From: the human T2T-CHM13v2.0 reference genome, Homo sapiens | Direction: 5' to 3' (one strand) | Assembly (NCBI RefSeq): GCF_009914755.1 | Contig: NC_060938.1 | DNA length: 64,000 nucleotides | Shown: piece by piece, positions 21,921-49,992 of the stretch | How the letters are laid out: every line of letters starts with the position of its first letter | How positions within the stretch are numbered: position 1 is the first letter of the stretch | Notes under the pieces: model-generated | The model's input: only the letters and a program-made list of their open reading frames with translations | Database searches by the model: none | What the model was told of the DNA's origin: nothing | Translations under genes and position numbers: made by a program

Positions 21921-22899
21921 GAGGGTGACACCCAGATAGGGGCGAGATGCACATTTCGTGTTCCCAAGGTGGTGTCTGTAGTAAGATAAGTGAAACTCGA
22001 GGCCCAAACGAGGACAGAGCTCAACACACATTCTATTTTTTCAAGAAGGCAGGGAGGCTCCGAGTCAACCTGCTGAGTCAAAATCCAGACCCCAAGCATT
22101 CCTAAGCCGGGCCAGCTTCAGCCTCAGTGCCCCACGCCTCGGTTTCCTTATCCGTAAATTAGCGTAGTGTGTAGCTTGTACTTACTCAGGTAGATAATTA
22201 TACGCCTTTTTAAAGCGGAGAAGAGAAGAAATGCTCTCATCCATTAGCAGTGGGATTCTGGGTGATTAAAACTCGTTTTTCAGTGCTCACCTGTCGAGTG
22301 AAAGCTGTCTTATTTCCACTCACTGGAGAGCTCTGGAGACTGGAAGCTGTGAGTCTTGGTTACTGATGTATTCCAGCTCCATATGGTGCCTGGTGCTTCG
22401 TATGTTTTGTTGACCGAATAAGCAAGTAACTGGAAGCATATACCCATCCTCTCGGATCACTCACTTGGGTAGGGAGTGATTATAATTCTACCCCAGAGCG
22501 GTCTTGATCATACGTGGAAATTGGGAGCTATAGGAGACAGGGCCCTGCAGTTAAAGGGAAGGGCAGGCTTCCCGGAAGAAGTGGCCCTAGTGGCAGGAGG
22601 AGTCTGGATGGGCCACACGTGGGCGGAGGCTCCAGCACAGGAGGCCCAGGCGTGCCTCCAGTTCAGCAGGACACAGCAGAAGGGTAGGATAGGCAAGTGG
22701 TTTGGCCACAGGTGAGGGCCCTGAGTCTGACAGTAAATCTACATTTTATCAGGGGACAGTGGGGACCGGTGGAGAGAGCTGGGAACAGGAAGACTGGCTG
22801 GGGAGGAGGCCTGGGGCAGTGCTCCTTAGGGTGCCACTATGGTCCACCGGTGAGGTGGTCTGGTCTGGGAGGATGGGAGGTTCATGAAAGACCAAGTTA

Positions 22900-24740
<1,841 letters not shown>

Positions 24741-25779
24741 AATAAAGAAATGCAAGGCTGTATCACATCACAAAACTGCACTAGGACCTGTAGGGAGAAG
24801 GAACGGTCATGGTCAGGCTGGGGCACAGCCTCTGGGATGCTGGCTGTGTTTATATCTTTACCTGGGTGCTGGTTCATGATACAATTATTCTCTAACTTCT
24901 TTGCACGGTTTTTGTATACACTTCTGTATGTATACCTTTCTCACCAAATTGAAAGCAAAGGAATAAAATGTAGAGACTATCAGAAAAAGGACAGCATTTA
25001 GTGACTCAATGTGAAAGCAAGAGGGGCTTGAGGAGTCAAAGATAACTGTGTAATAGAGGGCCATTTTATTTCTGGACTCAGAACTAAGGTTGAGTCTCCC
25101 CCGCTTGCCCATGCTTCCAGGAGCACACTCTCCTGACTTGATGCAGCCGGCAGGGCTCTGGCCACCAGCCTTAGTGCTTTGGAAACAGGTCCCCCCACTT
25201 CTGCCCTTCTCAGTGACTTATCTCTACCTCTTGCCTCGTGCACCCCAGCGCTGTTCTACTGGCCAGCCCGTGCCCCTTCTGCTTGCCAAGTGCCAACCTC
25301 TGAGCCCCATCCTGAACACCTGTTGCAGCCCAGCAAAGCCCCCTGTGCCAGCTTCGATGCCTCATTGGAACAGGAATGGCACTGGTCAACAGCACAGCAC
25401 CTGCTCACAGAACCTGCTGGGCCTGGGCTAGAAGCCTGGCTTCAGTGCCCACCCGCTGCCACTCATGTCTGTTTGTATCAACCGCTGTTTTCCTAGCCCC
25501 GGCTGATTCTAGCAAGGCACAGGGTAAAAGAGAGGTGGCCCTGTCTGCTGGTGCTCACAAGCTTCTGGGCAAACTGATGATGGCCTGACTGATGGCGTCT
25601 TCAGTGAGCGAGGTCCTGCAGGACAGCACGTGGGAGGCCCTGCCTGGTCCTGCCGTGGCCTGCTCCACAGGCTTCAGTCTCCCCACCCTGGTCCTGGGCG
25701 CACCCAGTGAGCTCCTGTAAACTATTATAAAAGCCCACGTGGAAGCTGGCAGAAATGGGCCCTTTTTGTTGTGACTTTG

Positions 25780-28396
<2,617 letters not shown>

Positions 28397-31300
28397 TTAC
28401 ATCCATGACCCAGGCCCCATTCTGCTAAGGAGTTCTTTTGGTTGTTTGTAGGACCTGACCCTTGTAACTTGGTTTAAAGCAGGCTGGACAGTTTAAACCA
28501 AGCCCAAGCATATGCAATGTGTAAAATACAGGCTGAATTTACAGCAGGAAGTTGGTTCTCCTCTCGGGACAACCAGGGCCCTTGAGTTTTGGGAACTGGA
28601 ACAACAGAGGCTCCCAGAGGGGAAGTGACTTTCAATCCAGTTCAGATATTGAGCACCTCTCTGTGTAAGGCTTGCGATACTAGCTCTTTGCTAACAACCG
28701 CAGCCCCAAAGGCTGCTCTTAACTGGGCGTGGCCTCACTGCCTCGGCAGGCTTTCACTTCAGGAGCATTGATTGAGCCGCTCTTTGTAAGCAGCAGTGGA
28801 ATCAAGTAGCAACCGACACAATCAACAGGGAGAGATAACCAAGCACCCAAACCAGCACAGAACTGCAAACTGCGCTGCTATGAAAACACAGATGGGGTGA
28901 GGGAGAAGGAATATTGGGGAGGGTGGAGCTGCCCGGCTCGCGGTAAGCAGAGGATCTTTGCAGCGGAGATATTTAAGCTGAGACCTGGAGAAGAGGAACT
29001 AGCAGAGCAAAGAAACAGGAGAGCAAGGGAAAAGCATTCCAGGCAGAGGGAACCACATGTGCTAAGGCAATGAGGAAGGAGGAGTGTGGTGTGTTTGAGG
29101 AATCTGGCCTGTGCGAGGGGCATACGACAGGAGTTGAAGCAGGCAGGGGAGGAGCTACGCCTTAAGCCTTGGTCGGGGGTTTGCATTTCCTTTTCAGTAA
29201 AACTGTCTTTTGAAGGGTTCTCAGCAAGGGAATTCCATGATTAGATTTGTCTTTAAAATGCCATGGGCTGTGGGGGTGAGTGATGAGCGGAAGCTGGAAG
29301 GCCACAGGGGAGCCCCAGGGGTGGGGCTTGGGGTGCAGGTCTGATGTGGGAAGTGTAGGAAATTACTCTCAGTATTTAAACTGACAAGGGTTAATACAGG
29401 GAATTAGGAGCTTATGGGATAGGCTGAAAACAATGGGCTGGGGATCCGGGAATGGCTGACCCACCAAAAAGAGCCAAGTCAGGAAGGTGGGATCAGGGGG
29501 CCTCCACTAGCATTACTGAGTTCAAGAGTGTGCAGCTGCGGGGTGACCAGGGGTTCAGAAAACAATGTGACCACTCCTGCAACAACTTCCTCCTGGCGCC
29601 CACAAACCGAGGCGCAGACACGGAATGAGCTCCGTCTCCATGAACTTGCCAGAAAACAAAATAGGGGGAAGACTATTAATCCACCTGACTTCAGCCTTCC
29701 CAAACGGAACATCTGATTGAAGAAGCCCAGTCTTCTTCCAGGACCCCAGTTCCCAGAGAGTTTGAGAAACAGTTTTTACCTTGCCAGTCTGCAGACCCAG
29801 AGGAAATGCCAAAGAGGAGGCCTAGCCCATCCCATTCCCAGCACCCAAGAGGGGAGAAGGAGAAACACCGGGGAGACCTGGCTTGTCGGTGGAGTAGGTG
29901 TGGAGACGCAGGCTGGCCCCCCGGGCTCTGATTTATACAGTGGGTGGATGGGGGGAGGGAAGGAAGGAAGGAAGACAGGATGCGAGGGCAGGCTAGGGGT
30001 CCAGCTGTGGGGGCCCATGCAGAGCTCCAGAGGCTCTGGCCTTTTCCAGCCCTGTGGTTCAAGGGGACCGGGGGGCAGTGCTTCTCTATAGATCACTGAC
30101 CCACAGGGAGAGAAATCAATTCAAGCCTGTTTACTCACTGAAAAATAACTTAGGCTGGAATTTTTCAAGGGGGAAAAGAAAGCCCCAAAGCACAATGCAT
30201 CTGCTGGCCACTGGCTCTATTAATAACATAGAAAGCCATCGCCAATAAACAGAACAAGTGTGAAATACACACAGTGCCTCTATTAAAAGGGAGGAGGGGG
30301 TGGGAAGACAGACATACCAGGGACGGGAAAAGAAAAAACTGACACACCAGGAGGAGGACAGGAAGAGACTGCGAGAGACAAGATGGGAGAGCTGGGTCAC
30401 AGGCAGGATGAGAACTAGTGAATAGGCAGCTGCAGTCAAAGACACAGATGCGAGGAGGTGCGAGGAGTGATTTTGCTCTTTGTCCCCTAAGTAGGAGCTC
30501 TGTTTGATTCACTGTAAAGGCTATCCCATGCTTCTGAAAGCAGTCTCTAAATCCTCAGCTGAGTTGCTGACGTGACCTGTACCAGCTGGAACAGCCTAGA
30601 TGCACTTCTCAATCTGCTTCCCAGTGACCCACATGTGGCCATGTCTCATAGCTTTGAATAGTGAGCTCTTATTGCACACACTTGCTGGGAGGTCAGTGGA
30701 TGAGTTTCATCTTTAATTCTTTATTCTCTCCCCTGCCTTGCCTAAGGTAACCATTATTAACTAATGAGTGTGTATCTCCCATTCCTTTCTTTGTGCTCAC
30801 GTAACATATCAACACAGCTAGCTGGACTGATAGGAGGAGTGGCAGGTTTCAACAGAGACATACAAGTACAGTTCAAAGCCCAAAGCCATGTGTAACACAC
30901 ATACCATGCTGATCAGGGGAATATGGTCGCTCAAGAGGGAGGGCTTATGTCGGGCTGGAATGCTGGGAAAGTGGCATCTCAGGCGGAAGTTGAAGGATTA
31001 AGTGTCCAGAGGCAGAGTGTGGGGAGGAATACATTCCAGGTAGAAGGCAAAGCAAGGAGACAGCTGGGACATGGCAGATAACATGGTGTAACTGCCAGGA
31101 AGATATATGCAGAAGGGTGGTGGCTTTTGAGTAGAGGAAGATCAGGGCCAGAGAGCCAACTTAAGAAAATCAGCGTTCGTTACAGCGCACTGAGCAACCA
31201 GGATGAAAGCAGAAAAACTCTAGCAGTTCAACAGCCGATCTCAGGACCGTGCTTACAGATCAAGTAACTGGACTAAATCAGCTCCAGGGTCTCTTTTCAC

Positions 31301-32289
31301 TCAAATTCTATGATGCCCACCAAATCAGTAAATCTAAATACCACCTCTTCCCACCTTAAAAAAGAGATGTTCCATGAAGAGTGTCTTGGTACCCAGTTGG
31401 CTCATCATTACTGAGCTCTGGGTGCCCAGTGGTGGCTGCCACATGGGAGCACTTGATATTTAGTGAACTGAATTAGTTGCTTTTTTGGTCTCCTATATAG
31501 TTCACTGTGGAAACAGACTGATGATTCCGTTACAACATAGTCAGTACAATGAAGGAACACCCAGACTATGGGCACACAGTGACTCTCCAGGGAACAGTTT
31601 CAGAGACAAAGAGACAAAGAAGGTCAAAATTTTTTAGAGAATTATACAGGCGGTGAGAAGTTAAACTTTTTAGCTATGAGGGAGGGAGGGAGGAAAGGAA
31701 GTAGGAAGCAGGTAGAGCTCTTGAATTCAGTTAACCACAAAACACAGTTAACCATGTCACTACACTATTATGTTTTAAACAGGGAGACCAGCTTTCCACT
31801 TTAATTTTTCCTTCTGGTGGGGAAATGTTACAGTTGGCTAAAGCAGCCGAAAGACCGGCTCCAAAATGAGAAATCAGGGGAAAAGCATAAACTCAAAATA
31901 GATGATTTGGCTTCAACAGCTTTTCTTTTTTTAGTTAATTTTTTTTTTTTTTGAGAGACAGGGTCTCACTCTGCCCCCTAGACTGGAGTGCAGCAGCGCA
32001 ATCACAGCTCACTGCAGCCTTGACCTCTTGGGCTCAAGGGATCCCTACCTCAGCCTCCCAAGTAGCTGGGACCATAGGCACATGCTATCATGTCTGTCTG
32101 ATTTTTGTATTTTTTTGTAGACACGGGGTCTCACTATGTTGCCCAGGCTGGTCTTGAACTCCTGGACTTAAATAATTATCTTGCCTCAGCCTCCCAAAGT
32201 GCTGTGATTACAGGCATGAACCACCGTGCACAGCTGGCTTTCACAGCTTAAATTTTTTTTTCTTAATATAAAACATAAAAACTGTGTAT

Positions 32290-33400
<1,111 letters not shown>

Positions 33401-34409
33401 AAATTTTTAAATGCATGTTTGATTACTACACACATACAAAGTAAAAAATAAAACCAATAGATGCAGTGTCTCACATCTGTAATCTTAGCACTTTGGGAGG
33501 CTGAGGCAGGAGGACTGCTTGAGCCCACCAGCCTGGGCAATATAGGGAGACCCCGTTTCTACAAAAGAAATTTAAAAATTAGCTGGGCACGGTGGCTCAT
33601 GCCTTGAATCCCAGGAATTTGGGAGGGTGAGGCGTGAGGATCTCTTGAGCCCAGGAGTCCAAGACCAGCCCTGGCAACATAGCGAGACCCTGTCTCTAGA
33701 AAAAATACAAAAATTAGCTGGGCATGGTGGTGTGTGCCTGTGGTTCCAGCAACTCAGGGGGCTGAGGTGGGAGGATCGCTTGAGCAAGAAAGGTCAATGT
33801 CGCAGTGAGCTATGAAAACGCGACTGCACTCCAGCTTGGCTGACAGAGTGATAACCCAATCTCAAAAAAAAAAAAAATTAGCTGGGCACGGTGGTGTGTA
33901 CCTGTGCTTCCAGCTACTCAGGAGGCTGGATTGCTTGAGGCAGGAGGATCCCATGAGCCTGGGAAGTCAAGGCTACAGAGAGCTGTGTTCAAGTCAGCCT
34001 GGGTAACAGAGTGAGACCCTATCCCCAAAAAATAAAAATACAAAATAAACCCAATCACCCAAATCCTAGTTTGCAGAGGCAAACTACATTACATTTGTGC
34101 TCATTTTATCACAGTCCCTCTTCATGTTAAAACCATTTATAAAATCTATGGTTTTATATCTGGTGGATTGCACATAGGTAGCCCATAAAACTCCCAAGAG
34201 GAGACTCTTTTGCCATACAGAAGAGTTAGCTCCCCTTACAATGCCCCACCCATTTCCGCAGGGAACTACTGACAGTCTGATGTGCATCACTATCAGTTGG
34301 GAATAGGTCCATTTCGAGTTACCAACATCCCTGTACAGTGGCTCACATGTGCAGCCCAGTGGTAGTGAGTTCATGATTGATAGTGCCTGACCAATGACTG
34401 TAATTCTCT

Positions 34410-34660
34410 TAGCCTTTTCTTTAGGTGGTGGCCGCCGCCCTGGCCATCACACAGGTTTTCAGGCAGGCAAAAGGAGGGCTGTATTCTGAAGTTCTATCTT
34501 TTTATTAGGGAAGAGAAGCTTCTCTAGTAACACATTTCCCTTTACATTTCACTGGCCAGAACTGGGTCGCATTCCCCCAACTCTGCAGATCCACCACTGG
34601 CCGAAGGGAGTAAGATTGCCTTGGTTGTTCAACCAATCAGGATTCACTTCTCAAGCTAAG
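34410..34660 (-). mobile_element. Old MaLR (MLT1-type) LTR fragment
   Basis: tttacatttcactggccagaactgggtc resembles the antisense MLT1 core. Confidence 0.45.
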
Positions 34661-36723
34661 GTAGATTCTTTCCCTCTCCTCAAGGCATCAGAAGATTTCT
34701 ACTCTATATCTGAAAAGAAAAAAACTGAGGCTCTGTAAGGAAAGAACATTGGTTGTTGAAAGAGTAGTTGGGGTTGGGTATGGTGGTTCACGCCTGTAAT
34801 CCCAGCACTTTGGGAGGCTGAGGTGGGTGGATCACTTGAGGTCAGGAGTTAGAGACCAGCCTGGCCAACATGGTGAAACCCTTTCTCTACTAAAAATACA
34901 AAAATTAGCCAGGCGTGGTGGCACACGCCTCTAGTCCCAGCTCCTTGGGGGGCTGAGGCAGGAGAATCACTTGAACCTGGCGGTATAGGTTGCAGTAAGC
35001 AGAGATCTTGCCACTGCACTCCAGCCTGGGTGACAGAGGGAGACACCATCTCAAAAAAAAAACGAATAGTTGGGTAGGCAACAAAGTGACTGCCACAGGG
35101 AATGCACACACACGCACATGATATACAATAGTGTATCCAACTATTTCCCCTAGGTGGTTTCTAGAAGGTACTTATGACACATAACCCAGATTTTACTAAG
35201 TTTAATGTTGAAAAAGCACCCCATAAAGTGTATATTGATCACACATCTGAATATCTCTAAACCATAAAATGGAGTTAACAGTACCTACACCTCACGGCTG
35301 TGCCAACTGAATGAGTTAATATGTGTGCTTAGAACAATGCCTGGCACATGGTAAGGGCTACATGAGAGTTAGCTGTTATTATTAATATCAAGCTGGCAGG
35401 TAACAAATATGTTGAATGAGAGTCAAGACACGCCCCCCCCAACATCAGTAGGTTCATATGACAGATATATCTAATAAGATGAAAATGTACACATTACATT
35501 TATTATGTAATAAGTAAGCTACTAAATTTGGACCCTAAAAGAACAATAGTCCAAATATAGGATGAGGAGATGTGACTTAAGAGCTATACATGTGTGAGGG
35601 CAGTGGCTAGTTTGTGACTCTGAACACTGGAAGAGATGGGTACTAATGAATCTTTTCAGCATGAACTCACTGCTGGAAATGGCTACTTACTGGAGGCCAT
35701 GGGTAGAAGCCACTTCTACCACTTCTGGTAGACGCCAGAAGTGGAACAGTTCTATTCTCCATCTAGGAAGCTTTGCATCTAGAGTTTAAAGGTTTGAAGA
35801 AAAAAAGGGATAAGCAGAGTCCAAGGGAAATTACTACTTAATGGCTAGAAGAGGTATGTGTGAGCACGTCTATAAAACATCCCTAACTACCTGTAACACA
35901 GATTGCACACTGTTCCCTGCTAACGACTGGCTTAATACATCAATCAATAAGACTGGAAATCGTTGTTTTCTATGGACGCTGAATCTGAGCTTGTCGAAAT
36001 GATTTTCCCAAAACACAGTCTACTTCAAGGATTTCCGCAGCACTAACTCCTTTTGGAATATCCCTTTGAGAACATAATTAGAAATATATATCACTTTCAT
36101 GTAGTTTGGGGCAAGCAATTTCCTTACCTTCATCACATTATAAACGAAGTCCAAGACTGATTTTTCATTGTGTTTGAAATGGATTTTCTAGAATTATGTC
36201 TAATTGCCAGATATCATAGAGATTAATAACACTCAAAAGTCTTAAGGACAAGTAAGCTAAAACTGAGTTCCCAGAGAGTCTGATTCCTTTAAGACTGTGA
36301 AGACACTGTTTAGCCAGGTTGAGAAGCATCTTCCCATCATCCCCAACTCTCCGGGCTACAGTGAACAACCATTTATTTAACACTTCACATGTTCCAGACC
36401 CAGAGTGCTCAGAACCACAGTGAGCTACAAAAATGCAGAAGAAACATCCTTTCCCCCAGAAGCTTCCAACCCAGTTAACTATCTTCAAGTGATTAAAATA
36501 AGACAGCTGACTATTAAGTTAGAAATATTACATGCTATAGGGAAATAGAGCAGGAAAGGAATGAGAAGAAATTCCTTTTAACTGCAGGATCTGGGCAAGC
36601 CTTTAGTTCAGGCAGGATCTGAACAGAGTAGAGAGGCAGGTGGATGTGAAGAAGGCATCCCTTAGTGGAGGGATGAAAAATGGAGGGATGTATTCACCAA
36701 CAACGAAGCGTCTGTGACTTCAG

Positions 36724-36753
36724 TGTGTGCGTGTGTGTGTGTGTGTGTGTGTG
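36724..36753 (+). repeat. (TG)n dinucleotide microsatellite with one interruption
   Basis: tgtgtgcgtgtgtg... read directly. Confidence 0.9.
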
Positions 36754-37805
36754 GCAGGTGGAGGCTGCTCAGAATAGTGCAGGGGGGAGGGAGAAAAACA
36801 GTAAGAGATGAGGAAATGTATTTAGCACCTATTACATGCCAGGAGTGTTGTACGTTATTTCAATCACACTTTATAACAATATTGAACAGTAATATTCCTT
36901 TTTTACAGATGAAGAAATTGGCCCAGAGAGATTCAGAAACTCCTCTAAGATCATTTAGCTAGTCAATGGACTAAATAGTCAATAAATATTCAAATCAGGT
37001 CTTTTTTCTTTGCCATACCATGTTTGCTTAAAGCCCAGCTAAGGATTCTGGACTACCCTACAGGCAATAGGTGGTGAAGGAGGGCAGAGGCAGTAGCATC
37101 AGCAGGTATCTCTGTTCACATAGGGCCCACCGTGTGTCCAGACTGGGCTGACTCTTTTCCCTCTGGAAATAAGAGGCAAATGAGACACCCATCCCTGCCC
37201 TCGAAGAACCTCGTGTGCTTTTGTGGGAAAATAAAAACATTAACGGACACATGTATTAAAATGTAAGGACACACGTATTATAATGTAAGTACAATGACAA
37301 CAATTTGGGGAGAGTGCTATGGAAACACCCTTCCAAGGAAAGTGTCCTAGAGAGGTCATCCAGGCTGTCCTGGAAGAAGTATAAAGTTGAAGAAGGTGGG
37401 AAAGGATATTTTAGGCAGAGGAAAAGATCGCTCTGAAAACAAAGATAGGAACTGTCATGGTCCACACACCTCGAGGTAATAGGAAGGACGGGGAATAAGG
37501 CTGGAAGGCTTGGGAATGCCTTGCTGAGGAGCTGAAGCCCTGGGAAGCCCCTGAAGACTTTGATCAGGGCAGTGATACGGTTACATGCTAATGCTAGGAA
37601 AATCCAGGAGTGCCTTGGGGAAGGAAGACTGGAGGCAGTTAGAGCAGCTGGTCAGCAGAGGTGAGGGGAGAGAGCCAGAGCCCGTGTGAGGACAGCAGTC
37701 ACAGGCATGGAGAAGAGTTGGGTTTGAGAGATACCTAGGAGGCAAACACATCAGGTTCTGGAGGCTCAGATTTTAAAAGCTTATCACTAATATACCAAAT
37801 CTCTT

Positions 37806-37809
37806 AAAA

Positions 37810-37841
<32 letters not shown>

Positions 37842-37847
37842 AAAAAA
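37806..37847 (+). repeat. A-tract / (GAA)7 / A-tract compound purine repeat
   Basis: A run, then gaagaagaa..., then another A run, with no recognisable Alu body attached. Confidence 0.85.
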
Positions 37848-38111
37848 GGTCTGGCTAGCAATGTGTCCTCATCTACCCTAAGAAACTAAGTGAACACTGG
37901 GTCCTGTCTATAAGCATTAGTCCTGAAGTCAGCAGTGCCTAAATGCAAAGAACAAACACAGATGCTAAGATGTGAGTGGGCAGGCCAGTTCACCTATGAA
38001 CAAGGGTAAGAAGGAAACAGAACCAGTCCTGGAGAGTACAAACACTGTGCCCTCTTCCTTAATTTGCACACCTGATTCAAGTATTTTACTTACCCTTACA
38101 GATTTCTATAA

Positions 38112-43720
<5,609 letters not shown>

Positions 43721-45670
43721 TGATTCTGAAACTGCAATTTGACCTGTCCTTTTAAAATAATTTTTACCTTTAGCAAGTGCAAGCAAGCGAGAGCCACACG
43801 ACACATTATCTTTGCATGTCTAGTCATAAGATACTCCACCGTTAAACAGTAGAAAACAAGAATATCTCCCACTAGAAAAACTTAAGGCCTAACAGGTCAC
43901 CTCCTATGGGGCAAGTTTAAAAAGCTATTTTCTGGAGCAGGTACTAGGATGGCCTTCAGGAGCATTTTAGTGCTTTCTGACCTACTACCTTTCCTCAAAG
44001 CTTTCAATCCTTTTGGGCTTTCTCCACTTGAATGTGAACACCTACAGATCTACAGCTCAGAAACCAGGATGCTTAATGGGTAATTCCCTCATTTCTCTTG
44101 CTCTCACAATTGGTGTTTATGGGGAAGTATCAACTACTTGCAGTGCCATTTCCCCATCAATTACTAGAGAGTGGGGAAAGTGAAATTTAAAAAGCATTAA
44201 GACATGTAAAAGTTCTCCCACAACTGGTTTCCATTCATGAAATATTTATGCAGAGTTTATAAGCTATAAAGCCAGAGATGACTTAATTCAACAGATTTGA
44301 CTTTTCCAAACTGAGTGGGTGCAGTACTCCAAGGGGAATTATTCAGGTTTCAAAGCTCAGATTCAAAGAGAAAACGATCTAATTTGTCACTCCTTACACT
44401 AATATTCTCAAAAGTCAAGTCCAATGCGATTTAGCAATAAGAAGGGACTAGGATTTATAAAGTTGCCTTTTAATGAGAATGTATAGTCTACTTGTTTTAA
44501 CAAGTTGAGCCTAAGATTAATGTATTGCGTACAGTTCAGAAAATCATGGGCCTCAACTGCATGAACACTATTACAAAACAGTAAATGTTGATAATATTTA
44601 AGTTGAACAAATTCACAGAGGCGTTAAATCGGCCAAACGAGTACAACAAAGACACACCTTTCCAACTCTTCAATTTGTCATAGTTTCCTTAAAAATCAGG
44701 AAATCTTTGTTTTGCTTTAAGGTAAATTGTCAGGTCGACCAAAAGGACAGATAAGAGCAGAAACACTTCGCTGCAATGTAACTCATTCAGGAAGGTTTAA
44801 CTTGCCGCTAATCCGTGCCACAAAAAAAAATCTAGGCTCTGTTGCAGGTACAATGGAGGACACGGCTGAAAAAATTTGGAATTTTAAATGAGACAAATGC
44901 AAAACCTGGTGGGCGTAAAAAGGAGCACCTATGAAAGTGACAAATAGGGGGAAAGGGTGGGCAAGGGAAACAATGGCTGACTGGAGAGCAAAGAAGGGGA
45001 AGCTCAGGAGAAAATTTTAGAAAGCCGCCAGGACCCTGTAGTTCTAAGATCTACGGGGAAACAGGCACCCAACGGCTGCGTCTCAGGTTTCCGCGGGTCA
45101 CTAAAGAATAACGGACATCCTCCCAACGGTGGCCCTGGGGCTCCGCGGGCGCTTCCGCCGAGCTCGCGCCGACCCCGCGCTCGGCCCCGCACCCCGCCGG
45201 GCGCTCGCGGCGAGATACCGGACGCTGCCCGCGTCGCCCGATTTTGTCCGTTCGGTCCTCCACACTCACCCCGCGGCCATCGCTCGCCCGAAGCCAGGCG
45301 ACAAGAACAAACACCTCCCGACGCGAAAAAGGAAGCACAGGCGATTCTCGTCAAAGCAGACTTTATTGGGGCGACAGGGCCGCCCCGCACGCGCCAGCCG
45401 CTCCCCGCGCGGCCCCCGGGCCGCCCACCCGCCTCAACCCCGCTCCCGGCCGGCCCCTCCCTCCCTTCTCCTCAGGCTCCCGCCCCCGTGGTGCCCGGGG
45501 CCGCGCGGACCGCTCACCGGCTCCCAAGGCAGCGGCTGTAGCGGCGACGCCCCGTTCCCGAGTGCGGCCCCGGCCCGAGGCGGCGGGTTTTGTGGCTGTT
45601 GCACCGCGAAGGGCGGCAGCCGCGCGACACCGGGAAGCGGGAGGCGGTGGCGGCGGCGGCGGCGCGCTGA

Positions 45671-47689
<2,019 letters not shown>

Positions 47690-49377
47690 TAGGGCTCGCG
47701 TGTGCGGGCTCCGAGCGTCAGTCGGAGCCTGTCACCGCCGTTGCCAGCGAATTCCTGGCCCTTTCGCCTTCCTGCGGTACCTAGTGGAAAGGGCCTGTGA
47801 ATGTTAGCGAATAATTCTTAGTCACTTACGTTTTGGGAAAGCTTTTTTTTTTTCCCTCAAGTATTTAGCTCTTCTGAATAGGTTGGGTTAGTTTACTCAA
47901 CTGTGGACATTTGCCAGTAAATAAAATCGGGTAGTTTAATTTTAAGCCTTTATGGTTTTTACTTTGTAGAAAGGTATCTATTTTCCCCATGAAAAGAACG
48001 ATAATAGAAAGCGGGTTTTTTTGAGTTTTGTTTTACTGTTTTAATACTACTTTTAACGAAGGCCTGAAAACCATCTAGAGCAAAAGGATCTTATCTGCCT
48101 GTGTAAAATCTGTTTTTACTTCAAAGGCAATTATTAATTCAATGCTGGTTTTTTAGGTCAGTATCCTATTAGTATATTCATATGCTACCTAGCTAAATTG
48201 CTGAGATACTAAATAGACTGAGAATAATCCTGCCATCGTAGTTAATCTAATGCCTGTGATGATTACGTTTAGTACTCCATATAAGCGGTGGAACCTCTTC
48301 CCTATAAGTACTTTAAAGCTTCATAAATTCTCAGAACTGAATGGAGACTCAAAATATGGTGACCTTTGAGTATTAAAAGATCGTTAAAATTCGGAGGAAT
48401 GAATGAAACAGAAATGAAAAGGCTGGACTGAAAAAGCTAGTTTGTATCTGGTGAAAGCCTCAAGATGAGACAACTACAGCTGGGTGGATCTGTGATTGAA
48501 AGAGGCCTGAGCAAAGGGATCTAGGAGCTGTCAAAATCTAATAGGAAGGTGCTAACAGGCGCTGTCCTGCATCCAGGGTGCCTTGTAGAATTCATAGCAG
48601 TTTGAGTTTAGCAGAAACTATGTTTAAATGAAACATGAATACTTTAGTACTTAATGGTTATCAAAAGATAATTTCCATGTATTTTGGTAGCTCAAGAGAT
48701 TACATACTGATCATGTTGGAACTAAAAGTCATGGTTTTGGCCGGGCGCGGTGGCTCACGCCTGTAATCCCAGCACTTTGGGAGGCTGAGGCCGGTGGATC
48801 ACTTGAAGTCTGGAGTTCGAGACCAGCTGGCCGTCATAGTGAAACCCCATCTCTACTAAAAATATAAAAATTAGCCAGGCGTGATGGCGGGAGCCCGTAA
48901 TCCCAGCTACTCGGGAGGCTGAGGCAGGAGAATCGCTTGAACCCAGGAGGCAGAGGTTAACAGTGAGCCGAGATTGCACCACTACACTCCAGCCTGGGTG
49001 ACAGAGCGAGACTCTGTCTCAAAAGGGGGGGGGGGCATTTTTTTTTGTTAATACCAATGAGTAAGGGATGGGGGTTTTAGTTATTGATGAATTTGCAGAA
49101 TTCAGAATACGATTTGAAATAAGATATTTAGGTAAAGATACATTAACCACAAAAGTAAATTTACTTTTTCTCATAGTGTGTGGAATTAGAGGAATTTAGA
49201 AAACCGACATATTTTTACATGATCTGCATTTTATCTTAACAAATTGCTGGTCCACTTTTCCACATCCAGAGAAGCTGGTAGTGTACGGCTTTGCTTGCTG
49301 AAGTGGTATGTATGGAGTCAGCCAGTTAGGGGAGAAAGTCTGAGGGGCTTGACTGATGGAAGTCAATTTACAATTAA

Positions 49378-49611
<234 letters not shown>

Positions 49612-49714
49612 TAGTAGAGACAGGGTTTCACCATGTTAGCCAGGATGGTCTTGATCTCCTAACCTCGTGATCCGCCTGCCTCGGCCTCCCAAAGTGCTGG
49701 GATTACAGGTGTGA

Positions 49715-49992
<278 letters not shown>

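Noticed and set aside
20929-21922. ORFs of 86-183 aa across the orphan CpG island
   Set aside because: Open on both strands and in several frames, with no domain similarity; a compositional artefact.
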